Of a stretch of DNA of 64,000 bases, positions 12,507 to 27,203 are shown piece after piece. Source of the stretch: Chrysomallon squamiferum (taxonomy: Eukaryota > Animalia > Mollusca); assembly GCA_012295275.1 (NCBI GenBank), contig CM022679.1, positions 5,518,001 through 5,582,000 on the forward strand. The letters are read 5' to 3'. The number at the start of each line of letters is the position of its first letter. Within the stretch, counting starts at the first letter, position 1. The translations under genes were made by a program, and so were the position numbers. The notes below the pieces were generated by a model. That model did no database searches, was not told where the DNA came from, and worked only from the letters and a program-made list of their open reading frames with translations.

Positions 12507-13562
12507 TTGGTACCACCATGATGGGAAAAGGCTCATAGCATTTTCTTGATAGGTTTATGTATGTAGATAATAAAATCAGATGATGGCCTTTCATATCAAG
12601 TAGCTTTCTGTCATTTTCACCCAGAAATCTTTCTTAAGATGAGCTTATATTGGTACCATCAAATTTAAGAAACAGATAACCTTCTTTTATACATGCCAAT
12701 AATAATTTTCTTAAAAGGTATCTAATGCCAAGAACACTTCATAATAAAAATGTTGAGTGTTTATTTGTTCTAACGTAGTTTTAGTTAATGTTACAATAAA
12801 TCTGGTATATCATCAGTTAACAGGAAACATAATTTCATTTATTTGTTTCAGCTTCAGAATTTTTTTAGATGACTTTAAATGATTAGAATTAACTTGTTAC
12901 ACAGTTTCTGATTTTGGCAGATATTCCAACAGAGTGATGAAGAAAAGCTGCAATCCAAGAAACTGTAGCTTAATCAGGGATCTGTTATATCTGGAGCCAT
13001 ACTTTTGAGGTTTATATATATATTAGGATATGGAATTGATAGAAGATAAAAACATACACAATTTGAGTGACAAATTGTTATTATAGATAGGGTGATTTAA
13101 TATTCCTGATTGTGTTAATATTGAAATAACATGATACTGAAATATCATAACAGTATCTGCAAAAATTGATCTTGGCTCATTTGTTTAAATTTCAGTATTT
13201 TTCTGTGTGGCTGAACATGAATTACTTTAAATGAGAGGAAAAGCTGAAATCTGAAAATGTGATAGTTTGACCCAAAACTGGTGATCAACCTTTGAGGTTT
13301 ATACAGATATTGTGATGAGGAATTGTTTGGAGGATTCAAAACACACAACTTAAATGCTGAATTGTTATTATACGATGACTTTATGAAAAGTTATTTCTGA
13401 TTAAGTTTTGCCCACCCCAAAAATGTGCTTCAAGATTTTCTCCACAGATTATACAGTTTTCACGGTGAAAATGATAGAAAGCTACTCAGTTCTCTCATTT
13501 TATTATCTACACAGAACTATCAAGAAAATACTATGACACTTTCACCCTCAGGGTGGTACCAA
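12507..13562. mobile_element. Foldback/non-autonomous DNA transposon remnant with ~100-bp inverted arms in a TRPM intron (also ~37340-38415 and ~62430-63470)
   Basis: 12507-12621 is the approximate reverse complement of 13464-13562, e.g. ttggtaccacc..gcattttcttgatag / ctatcaagaaaat..gggtggtaccaa, gtagataataaaat / attttattatctac, agtagctttctgtcattttcacc / ggtgaaaatgatagaaagctact. Confidence 0.7.
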
Positions 13563-16500
13563 ATTTTGCTCTGTCTCATGGACTATTCTGCATATCCCTC
13601 TTTAGTAACTATATCCATCTTTAAAAAATGTATTTTATTTACTGATTCGTATTTATAAAATATTTAAATTTATAAATAGACTGGTTTACATTATATGAAT
13701 AATTTACATCATTTTTAGCCAAGAAAGTAGATGCAAGTACTCAGCTAAAATTGGCTCTTGAGTGGAATTGCTGTGACATTGCCAGGAATAAAATACTCAC
13801 CAAAGAAAACCTGAAGGTAACTTAATTAGTTTCTGTTTGCAAAATATACTTTACTAAACCATATTAGTGTTAAACATATGTAAGAAGTGCTGAAATACTA
13901 CATTACATTGAATGCATTCTGGAGTTCAGAGTGGTGATTCTCAAGCCTATCCCAAGATAAATCAAACCCATAATTTGGTATTTTGTTTTTCTAAGAAGTG
14001 GTCAAATTTTATTATAATAATAATATTAATAATAATAACAAGTTGATAAAATGTTTAACATAACATTATTACCTATTTCACTGATGAAAGATTTGTCATT
14101 CCTTGCTCAGACATAACAAGATAAAAAAGATGTAGTTTATTAATTATTTCTTTATATTTTTATTTCTAGTTCCATTTTTATGTACATTTTAATTACCTTA
14201 TATTATTATTGTTATTATTATTTTATTATTTATTTATTTATTTTTAATTCAGAATACAAAATTAGATGATGCAATGATGACAGCTCTTGAGAAAGATAAA
14301 GCAGACTTTGTAAATCTTTTCATTGACAGTGGTGTTAGCTTAAAGAAGTTTTTGACCATTAAAACCCTTCATAGTCTCTATTTAAAAGTAAGTTAAATTT
14401 ACCTATTGTTATTATTATTTTTAAAAAAATGAAATTTCTGTGTTATGTTTATTTACTATACCAAATTTGATTCTTTAAATTATTATTATTTATTATTTCT
14501 TTCATTTTAGAAATTGTTTTATTTATTTAAATGTTTTTCTATTTATTATTTATTTATTTATTTATTTATTTACTTTTCCTTCTTTAATTTTACTTTTCCA
14601 TTATTTTTAATTTCTTTTATTTTTAATTTTTATTTATTTATTTGGGACTTTTTATTATTACTTGATTATTTTTTTAATTATTGTTTTTATTTATTTAATT
14701 TTTTTTTTTCAAGCTTTATGAGAACAATAAAGACCCCCAGGCACAGTTTATTCAAAGTCTGATTCGCGATAACAGGGTAAGTACTTAGATTATCTAACAG
14801 GCTCTCTGACTTACCACATCACCTTACAGCTGGTAGATCATGAGACCACACAGCAAAAGATTTTACACAGAGAATGTAAAAAAAAAATATATAATACGAT
14901 CTTAAGCACCTTTTTTAACAACCTTTTCAAACAATCTTTTTCTATGTTGTTTATTTATATTTAATTTTTTGTTGTTGTGCTGTATGTTGCTTTTATTTTG
15001 TACATTATGTGCCCTTGAATTATCATATTTACATTACATTATAGTTATCTTCAAAAGACGAACAAAAATATTCGTTGAACGACATCAATAAACTCATTCA
15101 ATCCCTGCTCAAACAACAGCCATTTAACTTCTACTCAGGTACGCATTCCATAGACTATACTATTCAGGCCATTTCTGTATTTCTGAGAGTCAGTGTTAAG
15201 AAATGAAGAATGAAGTATACAAATAAATTTAAAAACTACACAAATGTTAAATGACACTCTCACCTGTGGTATTATTATAATGTAATCCATAGTAGTAACA
15301 TTTAAACATAATTTATGGAAGTTTCACAATCTTATACTACTTCTTCTTATAAATTCACTGAACAAATTAATTGAAATAGACTAAATAAAAAAGAAACAAA
15401 AGTTCGTTTATAAAGATTTTTTTTAAGTTAACAAATGTCATTTTTTATTTATTTTTAATTGTTGATTTTTGTGCTGATATAATTTTTTAATTTTTTGTTT
15501 TTGTTATATGTTTATTTACTTATATATATATGCTTCATAACTGAGTACAGTTGTTTGGATTTGTGTTTTTTTTTGTTTTTTTTTTACTCTGTCATAATTT
15601 TGCAGATAAAAAATATAAAGTACATGATGAACAGAAACTACCAGAGGGTTGGTATCACTTTTTTTCCTGTTGTTATAATAATCATCCTCTTCAGACCTGT
15701 AAATTTCTATCAGAGATGTGTTTTAGTATACTCTGTCTAATTTCTAAGTGACTAAATAAACAAGAAACGAAACTTCATTTACTAGGGTTTTGTACATTTT
15801 TTAAATTTGTTTTCATTTTTCATTTGTATACATTTTAATTTTTGACTTTTTGTTATGAAATGCTGATTTAGGTGGGGTTTTTTTTATAAAAAACAAATTT
15901 GTGTTATTTGTTTATTTAATTTATATGTATGTATGTATACATACAGATGTCTGTGTATACACACACACACACAGACACACATATCAATGCTTAATAACTG
16001 AGGACATTGTTTTATCTATGATACTGCTGTTAAATTATAGGAAAGCACTAGCACTAATAAATATACACTAAAACAATTAGTTTTCATGACACTTAATTGC
16101 TATTATTGTTTTAGTAACTAATGTTAAAGAATTTATTTATTTATTTTATTATTTTTTATATAGAAAGTTCTGCTTTTAGTATGTAAGAATAGAAAATTTC
16201 ATTAATTGCAGTATTAGAAAAAATAAATTATTCCTAATTTTTTAAAACGTATTTTGTGCACTACCAAGACAAATTCTTAACATTTTCGTTTACCTATTTA
16301 TTACTGTTTACTTTTTTTAATTATTATTATTATATATATATATTTCTTTCTTTCTTTTTAGGAGTTGTATTGGTTTTTTTATTATTAATTTTTATTATTA
16401 TTATTATTATTAATATATATTTTTTAAATATACTCTGAGAGTGTCATTGCTTAAATTTTTAGTTTTACCTTACAGTCACTTTATTATTAGAAAGAAGCTG

Positions 16501-19500
16501 TCATAATCATACTTGTAAATATAATTTTATGAATTTGGATATTAGTTCCAGCTGTAATATTGAAAATACTAAAACTAAATCATGCTTTCCAACCAACTAT
16601 TATTGTTGTTGTTGTTTTTACATCTCTGAAGTCTCTGAAATCCTAAAACCATTTTGAGCAACCAAAATAGCTTAAAATTTTCAAAATATCCTCTAACTGA
16701 TCTTTAAACTTTTATTTTATTTACAGGCACTTTTGAAAACCCTGAACAGCATTTATTTATTTGGGCTGTTCTCTTCAACCGCAGGGAAATGGCTACACTT
16801 TTCTGGCAGCTTGGAAAAGACCAGATAGGTAACAGAAACCTAAAATATTATTATACTGTGAAAAAAGCTATTATTTATATGATAATATGGAATAGCAATA
16901 TATTGACTTGATATTAAACTACTGTGATTAGGATTTTTTAAATAAAATTTTCTACAAATTTTTGTTTGTTACTGTTATAGTTGATGATGCTTTTCCTGCT
17001 GTTTCTGTTTCTTCTTTTTTTTTGGGGGGGGGGGGTGGTTCTGGGTTTTTTTGGTGTGTTTTATGGGGTTTCTTGGTGAGAGATGGTGTTTTTTTTTTGT
17101 AATGTTTATTATTTTATTGTACAATAACTCCTCACCTCACTTTATTATTTCCATTCAGTCCTGTACTTTCTTTCTAGTGTTTCAAAATTTACTCTACATG
17201 GTTCTGTATTAAATTTAATTTATAATCATATGCTGTTTCAGGGGCAGGTTTGATTGCCTCTGCCCTGCTGAGATCTCTGTCTGAAGAGGCATTCTACAGT
17301 TTAACACAGGAAATGTATCAAAATCTGAAATCTAATGCAACGTAAGTAATCATTTCACTAATACTTAGTACATTTGAAGTTTTTAATTAATGTTCCATTG
17401 AAAGAAATTTGTAAATATAAATCTCTTATCCGTATACTTTGTGAGTTTGCAATTTCTAATTAATGGTTATTGAAAGAAATTTTTAAATGTGTTTCTGTTA
17501 TCCACATGGCTTGAGTAACTGTGAAAAATATTTTTTGCATTTATTGCACTCAGTAAGTTCAGACAAATTTTGACCAGGTTACAAGTGGCCTAAAGAAAAC
17601 TCATAAATTTAAAAATATAACAATAGTTAGGCCACGAAACTAACCACAAAACCAGACCTGGAATATTTATATTTGATTATATTGGAAATCTGGGGGATGG
17701 AGTACAAACAGTTAAAATATGAGATTGAACACGAAACAGTAAGAAAATAAGTAAAAAAAGAAGTATAATGGATAAGTGATGTTATGTTTTTATTTCAGGT
17801 TGTTTGAAAGATATAGCAAAAAACTGTTGTCAGAGTGTTACCACAAAAACACGAACTTGTCACATCAGTTGTTAGTTCAAGAACTCCTGACATGGGGAAA
17901 CCTGACATTGTTCGATATTGCTGATACCTACAAGATGACGGACTTCATTGAACATTCTTCATGTGAGGAAAAACTCAATAGCATCTGGAAAGGTCAGATT
18001 GTGCCATCGACTCCTCATAACACGGTATTCTTATTAAATATCTCACATTTTCAGAAATCATAATTCATTAGCAAAACAGGAGTGAAGTTTAAGGTGATGT
18101 TAACATGTTTGCATATAGTGACTAAATCTGCTAGCACATAATTATAATTTAAAAATAATTTCTGTGGTTTTTTTTCTTATACAAATATGAGTACCTTGAT
18201 TCAAATCAATACCATCTGTTTTCTTTTGACTCTTTTTTTTAATCAGCAATTTCTAAGTTCCACTTTGTGGGATATTTTCATCCTTTTTCCTCTCTTTATA
18301 AATAATTATTCAGAATGATCTTTCTTTTTATAATGACTCTGTTATATCTGTGGGGCTCTTTTTGGCATTGTTGCAGATCGTGGATTGCATCTTAATTCCA
18401 TTATGCATACTTTTCATCAAATTCACTTCCAATGAAATTATCATCAAGAAATTGATTTCTAGTAACAAGATTGGCGATAATTGTAAGTCTCAGAAGAGAG
18501 AAAATGAAGAATACAAAGTGACTCTGTTTGGCAGGGAAAACACTATCAACATTGTGTCTGCTTGGATCTATTTCAACAATGCCCCAATCGTTAAGTTGCT
18601 AAACAATTGGGTAGGTATTTTGAATTGTGGTACATTCATTTAAAATTGTGTGCTTGTGAAAGCATTAAAGAAGCTGTTTTATTTTGATAAATAGTTATAA
18701 TCCTTCTAAATTTATTGGTAATAAATTCAATTTTGTATTTTATTGTTTTTCTGCCTTATCAGTTTTTTATTTTATCTGCACCTTCCAGATTTTTATTTAT
18801 ATATGATTCGGCGTAACCGGCATGTTTTTGTTTGTCTGTCTCGGTCTTTCTTGGTTTATCATTTTACTGTCTCTCTTTTTGTAATGATTTTGAAATCGGC
18901 CCAAACAAACAAAAATAATTTACTGTTTCTTTTTTCAGATGTCCTACATCATATTCATAATCCTTTTGAGCTTATTTCTGTTGTGTCCTTTCCCACCTCA
19001 TATTTCAATATGGCTAGAACGAATTGCATGGATCTGGTGTGTTACCATGATTTTTGAAGAAGTTAGACAGGTGAGCGATCATTTATCTTAGATTAATTTA
19101 ATCTCAATCAATGCCTGTTAAGGCACAAAAAAATAAACTAAATCATTATCTATGTTATCATGTGATCCTTTTGTTTCTTAGATATGTTTACTCTGAAATT
19201 TTTGAAAACAGATAGCCTAATTATGTGCGATTTTTTTTTTAACTCTTTTTATGTTTTACAAAATAGTTTTGCTTCTTTCTTAATTTGATACATTTTAAAT
19301 TGTTCTAGATTTATATGTACAATACATGAAATACAAGATACTTTTTTCTTTGTCTGCAGTGTGTTGTTTCACTTTTTTCTAGATTTTAGTATGTGATAAA
19401 CATTCCATCAAATATGAGATTTCTTACTTCTTTTTTTTTCTTTCTGCATTTGTCTGCATGATCAATTTTCTTCAAAATATGAGACAATTATAATATAATC

Positions 19501-22500
19501 TACACTTTTTCCATGATCACTTCTTCACCAAATACAATATATATATATTATTATTATTATTGTTATTGTTATTTCTAGGTTCTTGTCCGCAAGGAGCACT
19601 TCTTCATATACAAGGTTAAGAACTGGTTTTCCGACATTTGGAACAGGTTTGACCTAGCCATCTACATCATGATGATTATATGCGTCATTCTTCATTACAG
19701 TCCAGTAGACATTAGCTGGGTTTACAGAATGTACAGTGTGATATTCATCATATTGTGTTTTAGATGCATGCAGTTCTTTTTTGTGGACAGAGTAATAGGG
19801 CCTAAAGTGATCATGATATTTCTGATGGTAATGTAAAGATTAATTTCAAACACTTCATCTGGAATGTAATTGTATTTCGGGGTTTTTGTTTCTTTTATTT
19901 ATTTATTTTATTTTATTTCTATTTCTATTTTATTTTATTTTTTGTTTTTGTTTTGTTTGTTTGTTGTTGTGTTACGTTGTATTTTATTCAATTCATTTGT
20001 TACTATTTTATTATTATTATTGTTGTGATTATTATTATTATTATTTTTATTATTATTATTATTATTATTATAGTTTAATCTAATTCTGTTAGTGATAATA
20101 TGATAATTTATAATGATAATTATAACAGTTATTTCTTAGAAATATAGTTTATTATTTTTTTGGTTATTATTAGGACAAACTGATAATTATAATTCTAATA
20201 GTCTCTGTTATGAATTTTATAATATTTATTTTTGTCTGTGTGTTTGTTTTATTTGTAAATACAGATGTATGTATATGCTATTTAATAATCTTCTTAAATT
20301 TATTTTTCAGATCCGTGATATGTTCTTTTTACTGAAAATCCTGATTATGTTTGTGTTTAGTTTTGGTGTTGCTTACCACATGAACATGTACCCAAATTCA
20401 CCATTGACACTGGGCACTCTCAAAAATGTGTTTCTGATACCTTACTTACAGATGTTTGGTGAAACTTCCATAGAAAGAATTGAAGGTATTTATTTAATTT
20501 ACTGAAGTCATTAGAGAAAACTGGCTATAACTGTCTAGTAAGATTCCTGATCTGACAATCATGGCTCCCTGAGTTATAAATAATAGATTTCTATTACAGT
20601 GCTGCTTTAACAAAAATAATTTAAAAAATACTTACTTGACATGTTTACTTTATTTATTTGCTAATATGTATTCATTTACTTTATTTATTTATTTATTTAT
20701 TCAGGAGAAGAAACACCAGGCTGTACACGTAACCAGTCTATTTGGCAGGAGGCTCCCGATCTGAGATGTCCAGAAGCTGATGGTCTGAACATTCTGTTGT
20801 TGGCTGTGTACATGCTGCTGACAAACACTCTCCTTGTCAATCTTGTCATTGCCATGTTCAGGTAGTCAAAGATATTAAAGTCATACTCTGCTGTTATTGT
20901 TGAGATTTCACAAAAAATATAGGAAATATTTGTTAAACTATTGGCTTTTTTGTTGTTTTCTATACAAGTTGCAACTTGAATGATGGTATAAATATATAAT
21001 ATGAATGCATTTTCTATACTACTACATCATTTTTGTTTGAACTTCAAATGTAAACCTTACAGCACAATAAATAAATTATTACAATACAATAACAAGTATA
21101 TTTCTCCTCTTTTTAACATCATCAAAAATCCACTTTTGTTTGGTAGAATACCATTATTTTTCAATGACTGCTTTCCATCAGATGCTGGTTTTCTATTTAT
21201 TATTTTCTTTCCTGCCTTCTTTATTTATTTATTTATTTATTTTAATATTTCTGTTTAAGCAAAGATGTGATGAAAAAAGAAAATGTCACCCTCCATGCAT
21301 TGTCATATTTATTTATTTTTTAATTTGTTAACATAACTCTGATTTTTTCAATTGTTTTTTTCCAGTTATACATTTAAGACAATTCAAAAGAAATCAAGGA
21401 AAGTATGGCTACAATATCACCTCGCTCTCGTACTTGAATACCACGATCGCCCCTTTTTCGCTCCTCCTTTTATCATTTTGAGCCATTTGTTCCAAATTAT
21501 TAGATGGATGCTATCCAATAGATGTAACAAATCAAATTCTGATAGTAAGTACTTTTTTCTATATAACTATGATAGTAAAACAGTAGTCAGTATTAAAAAT
21601 ACAGAAAATATGCCTGTCGCAAGTACTACTCAGATATATATTTCAAATGTTATTAACCAGCCAAACTGTTATTTCTGTACATTAGAGATATTGTTTTATT
21701 TTCAACTATTACAGATGTATAACAAAAATGCTGCAGTTATTGACAGTGCATTTTCTTTTCTGAATAGAGATATTAAATTATTATTCCGAAAATGAGTAAT
21801 TTCTCATACTTCTGAAAGACTTGTTTTACTTTGTCCCTGCTAACAAACAATACCATTATAAACAAAAACAAAAAATAAATAAATAAAGAGAAAAAAAGAA
21901 CAAAAATAAATAAATAAATAAATAACCTCAAAAAACTAATAATAATAATGTAGTAATAACCTTTAAAAATTAATAATAGTAATATATAAATAACAAACAA
22001 AGATGAAAAATTACTTTGATAAAGAGATTTAGCTTCTCCAGATGATTATTTTGTTCATAAAGAAACCACTGCTAGCATTAAATATAACAAATATGCAGAG
22101 ATTTATCAACTGTTTTTTTTTTTTTTTTTTTGTTCATAATTATGTTCATGATGCAGTGGACCAGTAATTGTGTTAAACTGGGTTTTTTTTATTATTTATT
22201 GTAGAGAAGGTTGAAGACAATGTATGTCTGAATGAATTTCAGAAAGTAACTACAAACCATCTTATGTCTCGTAATATTCTAGTTCAAAGTCAGAAATTTG
22301 ATGTCAGGCAGGAAAAGTGAAGAACGGTAATTTTAATATTTAGTACAATTTTGGTGAGTTTCTGAAAATATTGTTCAGTGGACTGAGGGTTACATTCAGT
22401 TGATTCCTTCCATCAAAAATTGTGTGTGCTTGTGTATATCTGTTTACTTATGTATAATGTTCAAATTTAGTATATAACTGTTAGCGTGGATCCTATAACA

Positions 22501-23319
22501 CAATTTTGAAAACAGTTTTTATGTAAAAAATAAATAAATTCCCATTTCATTAGTCTTGCATGACTGATGTTTCAGAAAGCTGTGGTGTATGCTATTTTAC
22601 CAGTGTTATATTGTTTTCAAATATTGTCATACTCTTTTGATTAAAAATGTGTTGAAGTACATTTCACATAAGACTGCATTTCTCTTTTGCAGTGCCTGTT
22701 TTTGTTTTGCTTTTAGTTCAGTATGAATATAAATTTTGTAGGGAAAACATGCTCCAGATTAACGATTAATGAGAGAAGACAAATACAAATGGCATGAGAA
22801 AGATAAAGATGGAAGATGCTTAACCCTTTTTACAAAGTGTGGTGATGATGTATGAAAACAGTTTTTATCATAAGGTTTGTCACTGATGTCTTAGAAATAA
22901 TTAACTCACTGTGTGATCAATCAGTTTGAATGTGAGGTAACTCATTATTATATTTTTTGTGTTCAGTCTTTGCTAATGTTTACATACAACAATACAGTTA
23001 CATGTTTACAAGACTGCAAACAGCCTGGCAGAAACCGTGTCTTTTATCAAGGTAATTAGTAAACAGAAATGAAAATCTATTTCAGTGAAGCTACATCCTC
23101 TCTTTAACAGGATTCTTTATTAGAAGTAAAGATTTGTACCTGAACAAAAGACGGTAACGCTTTAGTTTACAAAATATATCTAAATAATTTTATTGCCGTA
23201 CTTAATCACAAGAAAAGATTGGTCACAAAAATAAAATAAGCGATCACTTGAATGTATGCAGAATTTTGAACAACTGTGATTATAATGGATGATACTCACT
23301 GCATGACTAAATTTTTTCG

Positions 23320-23467
23320 AACAATTTCTCATTTGAATATTTTTGTTATTATTGTGTTTATAAAAATATACTCATTAAATTGTGTAAACCAACTATTTTT
23401 GTAAAATGTTTATTTGAAATTTTTCAAAAACAAATATTAATAATTTTATATACATTAGTTATCAGTG

Positions 23468-23518
<51 letters not shown>

Positions 23519-25178
23519 TTTATTTGAATCATTCTAACATTATTACTTGTATTGCATACAACTAGCAAAAAATATTCACTGTATTTTATTTACATAGATT
23601 TGTGTTTGTGCATAATATAAAATATATGAAAGCTAGAAAGATATATAAGTATTTAGCAAATGTTTATTTTAAAAAATGAGATAATAAAGGAAAATCTAGC
23701 TCTCACACAGTAAAATGTATTATATGGAATACTCATCTGTAACACCATATGTATATAATTAATAGTAAGATATGAGTGTGTAATACATAAATATATTTTT
23801 AAAACCAACTATTTTTGTAAAAAATTTATTTTAATTTTATTTGAATCATTCTATCACTGCTACTTGTATGAAACTTTGGTGATAAAATTTAAAGATGGTG
23901 ATTGTTATTCAAAAAACAATTTATATTTTTAGTTTTTAGTTTCCTCTTCAACATTTAACTCTCATGCAGTGATGAATGTATTAATAATTGTGCAAGACAG
24001 AAGTGTGTGTCTATGTGTGTGCAGTACATTATAATAATCATTGTAATACTTATATTTATCTTTAATCTGTCCTCTAAATATTTTAGTATTTACAAAGTAT
24101 ATGGATAACTAATGATATCTTATTTTTTGTTGTTTTGCTTGACATGTTTTATAGAATTTTAATATAAAAGCTTATTAAAACAAAAATATTTTAAAAAACA
24201 TTTTTCAGTTACATATTTTTGAAATATTTTGTCTCATTCCCTGTTTAACTGTACGTTTATTTTATTTATACAGGTTTGTGTTTGTGATAATACATGTTTT
24301 AGAATGATATATAAATATTTAGAAATTGATTATTTTTTTGAGACAATAATAGAAATGTGTTGTTATTTATTCATTTATATTTGATTTGATATTTGAAGCT
24401 GCTAGATTTTGTTTCTTTTTTCTTTCTTTTTTTTTGTGAGCAAAATTTGTTGTTCTTTATCATGTATTTTAATACAGATTGCAACAGATTTATCATAACT
24501 TTTTCCTAGGTGTTTTATTCATTTATAGCATAATTTCTCATTTGAAGATCATTGTTTTAATACTGTTTATAAAAATATACATTTTAAAGTCTATAAAATT
24601 ATTTTGAAACCATTGTACCTCTGATTATAACAGTATTTGATCTTTTACTTTATTATTCCATTTGAAATAGATAATAGTCTACATTTTTTTATACCATTCC
24701 TTTTAAATTTGTTTGGCTTGTTCAGAAAATATTTTGTTTCAAAAATATTTACAAAAATAAAAAGGAAAAACATGGAGTATTTCAAAGGTTAGTCCCACAT
24801 AACTACAACAGTCCTCCAGAAGAATCTGCATGGCACAAGAACTGACCTACAGAGAACACACTAGATTTCATAGCCACCACTGCCCTTGACATAGAGTCAA
24901 CAAGTGATTGAAAAAAAAATATATGTCTAAATACAAGATTTCAGTATAACTGAAATTATATGAATTAGGTCACAAGATATTTGCTAAAGAAAATATAAAC
25001 TTTATTAATGAGCCAATAATAATTAATAATTTAAATTTTGATTTTAATAATCCTAACACTGCTACTAATGTTGCATACAACTACCAAAAAAATAATTTCT
25101 GTATTTTATTGACAGAGATTTGTGTTTGTGAAAATATATGAGTTAGAATATATGTAAATGATTAGGAATTGACAAATT

Positions 25179-25209
<31 letters not shown>

Positions 25210-25213
25210 TTTG

Positions 25214-25265
<52 letters not shown>

Positions 25266-26420
25266 TAAATGACGTAAAGAAGGAGTATTTGGTTTTCTTG
25301 ACAAAGTAATTTTGTGTTGAAAACGAGTATAAAAATCTTTTAACAAACAAAACTATTAGATCCACTGATATCAATTAACCTGATTGAATTTCAGAAAATA
25401 TTATTTTATTTTTTTAGTTTACATATGGCGTAATAATAATATACCTTTTAAAATCTAGCTCTCACACAGTAAAATATATTATATGGAATACTCATCTGTA
25501 ACAAGATATGTATATAATTAATAGTAAGATATGAGTGTATAACATAAATATATTTTTAAAACCAACTATTTGTGTAACATTTTTATTTTAATTTTATTTG
25601 AATCATTCTAACACTGCTACTTGTACTGCATACAACTAGCATTTATATTCACCGTATTTTATTTACAGATTTGTGTTTGTGCATAATATTAAATGTACGA
25701 GAGCTAGAAAGATATTTAAGTATTTAGAAAATGTTTATTTAACAAAAATGACTTAATGAAGGAAAATGTGATTTTCTCAATTTATAAATAAATAAAACTA
25801 TTAGATTCACCAACATGAAACTTTGGTGATAAAATTTAATTAAAGATGGTGATTGTATACTGTTTACACTTCCCTCTACAACATTTAGCTCTCATGCAAT
25901 GATAAATGTTTTATAATTGTGCAAGACAGAAATGTGTATACATTATAACAATATTTTTAATACTTGTATTTACCTTTAATCCGTCTTCTGAATATATTTT
26001 TTACCATATATTTTGGCATTTACAAAGTATATAGATAACTAATGATATTTATTGTTTTTGGTATGGTTGGTGTGTATTTTAGAACATTTTCCTCTTCAAC
26101 ATTTAGCTCTCATGCAATGATAAATGTTTTATAATTGTACAAGACAGAAGTGTGTGTATACATTATAACAATCTTTTTAATACTTGTATTTACATTTAAC
26201 TCATCTTCTAAATATATTTATACCATATATTTTAGCATTTACAAAGTATATAGATAACTAATGATATTTTATTTTTTCTTGGTTTGGTTGGTGTGTTTTT
26301 TAGAATTTTAATATGAAATCTTTGTAAAATAAAAATATATTTAAAAAAAAACATTTTTTAGTTATATATTTTTGAAATAATATTTTGTTTCATTCTCTGT
26401 TTATCTGTTTGTTATCACAA
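23320..26420. repeat. Complex degenerate direct-repeat array in the 3' flank of copy 1 (counterpart ~50150-53020)
   Basis: Recurrent blocks: aaaccaactattt (~23387, 23802, 25559), atctagctctcacacagtaaaat (~23694, 25453), catttagctctcatgcaatgataaatg (~25881, 26100), tttgtgtttgtg(c)ataata. Confidence 0.75.
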
Positions 26421-27203
26421 TGGAGTTGAATCTAAATAAATAATGAATTGCTTTGAAAACGTTAGTGTGAAGTTTCAGAGATTTTAAATAAAAGCAGGTA
26501 AATAAAAATGTAAAACAAATTTAATATTAATTTCACAATTTATTCTCCTTGGCAGTTTCTATGAATACATTTAGCATACAAAATAATTTAGACAAATTGT
26601 AGAATCTTTATCTTTTTTCAATTGTGGTAAATTCAGAAAATAAAACACTATACTGGGATCTAAATGTATCAAGATATTTCAACTTGTGTTCCTTCGTATT
26701 TCTTTATCATATACTTTTACATCATAAAATATACAATATGAAATTATTGTAATGTTTTCATTTAATACTTATATTTAATATTACATACAGGTAGATTTTG
26801 CTAGCAAAATATAGGAATGAAATAAAGCAACAAGCTTGATTTTTTAGTTTCCACCGTATCAGGTAGATATCATAATATATATATACATACATATATAGAT
26901 ATGTAGATAGATATTGGCCCATTAACTATTCTGTACACCAAAACCGATCCACATTCTTACATGATCTTAGTGTCAATAGATCCAGAGTAAAAAAATCTTA
27001 TTATGTAATTATCAAATATATCAGATTGCGTCCCTTTGAAAATATGACAGTTGTTGCTTCGAATTACATCTATTTTATTTAGGGAAAAGTCATGAACTGC
27101 TGACCCCAAAAGTGCAAAGCAATGGCATGAGAGCCAGTCTAAATAAACGGGTGGTGGGCATTGCTGCCGTTACTGACGATATGGCCTAATGCTTTAGACA
27201 TTT

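Larger units (their letters stand above)
6790..22320 (+). pseudogene. TRPM2-like: TRPM2-like channel, tandem copy 1; N-terminal nonsense and frameshift, early stop before the coiled coil (pseudogene or N-truncated isoform)
   Basis: Approximate exon starts: 6790 (putative MSTKTK), 7570 (TAA at 7645), 8182 (152 nt, frameshifted), 8713 (LISVTGGSK), 9451 (GAWIITGG), 10049 (LDHNHSHFLLVD), 10887, 11571, 12283, 13719 (LALEWN), 14253, 14714, 15044, 15606, 16727 (LFIWAV), 17242, 17799, 18377, 18939 (EEVRQ), 19579 (WNRFD, GPKVIMI), 20311 (PYLQMFGE), 20705 (VNLVIAMF), 21366 (TRP helix), 22205-22320 (TGA). All exons from 8713 onward are open and phase-compatible. Confidence 0.85.

Noticed and set aside
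23320-26420. Repeat-spacer pattern as a CRISPR-like array
   Set aside because: Eukaryotic context, long degenerate units and no constant repeat with unique spacers.
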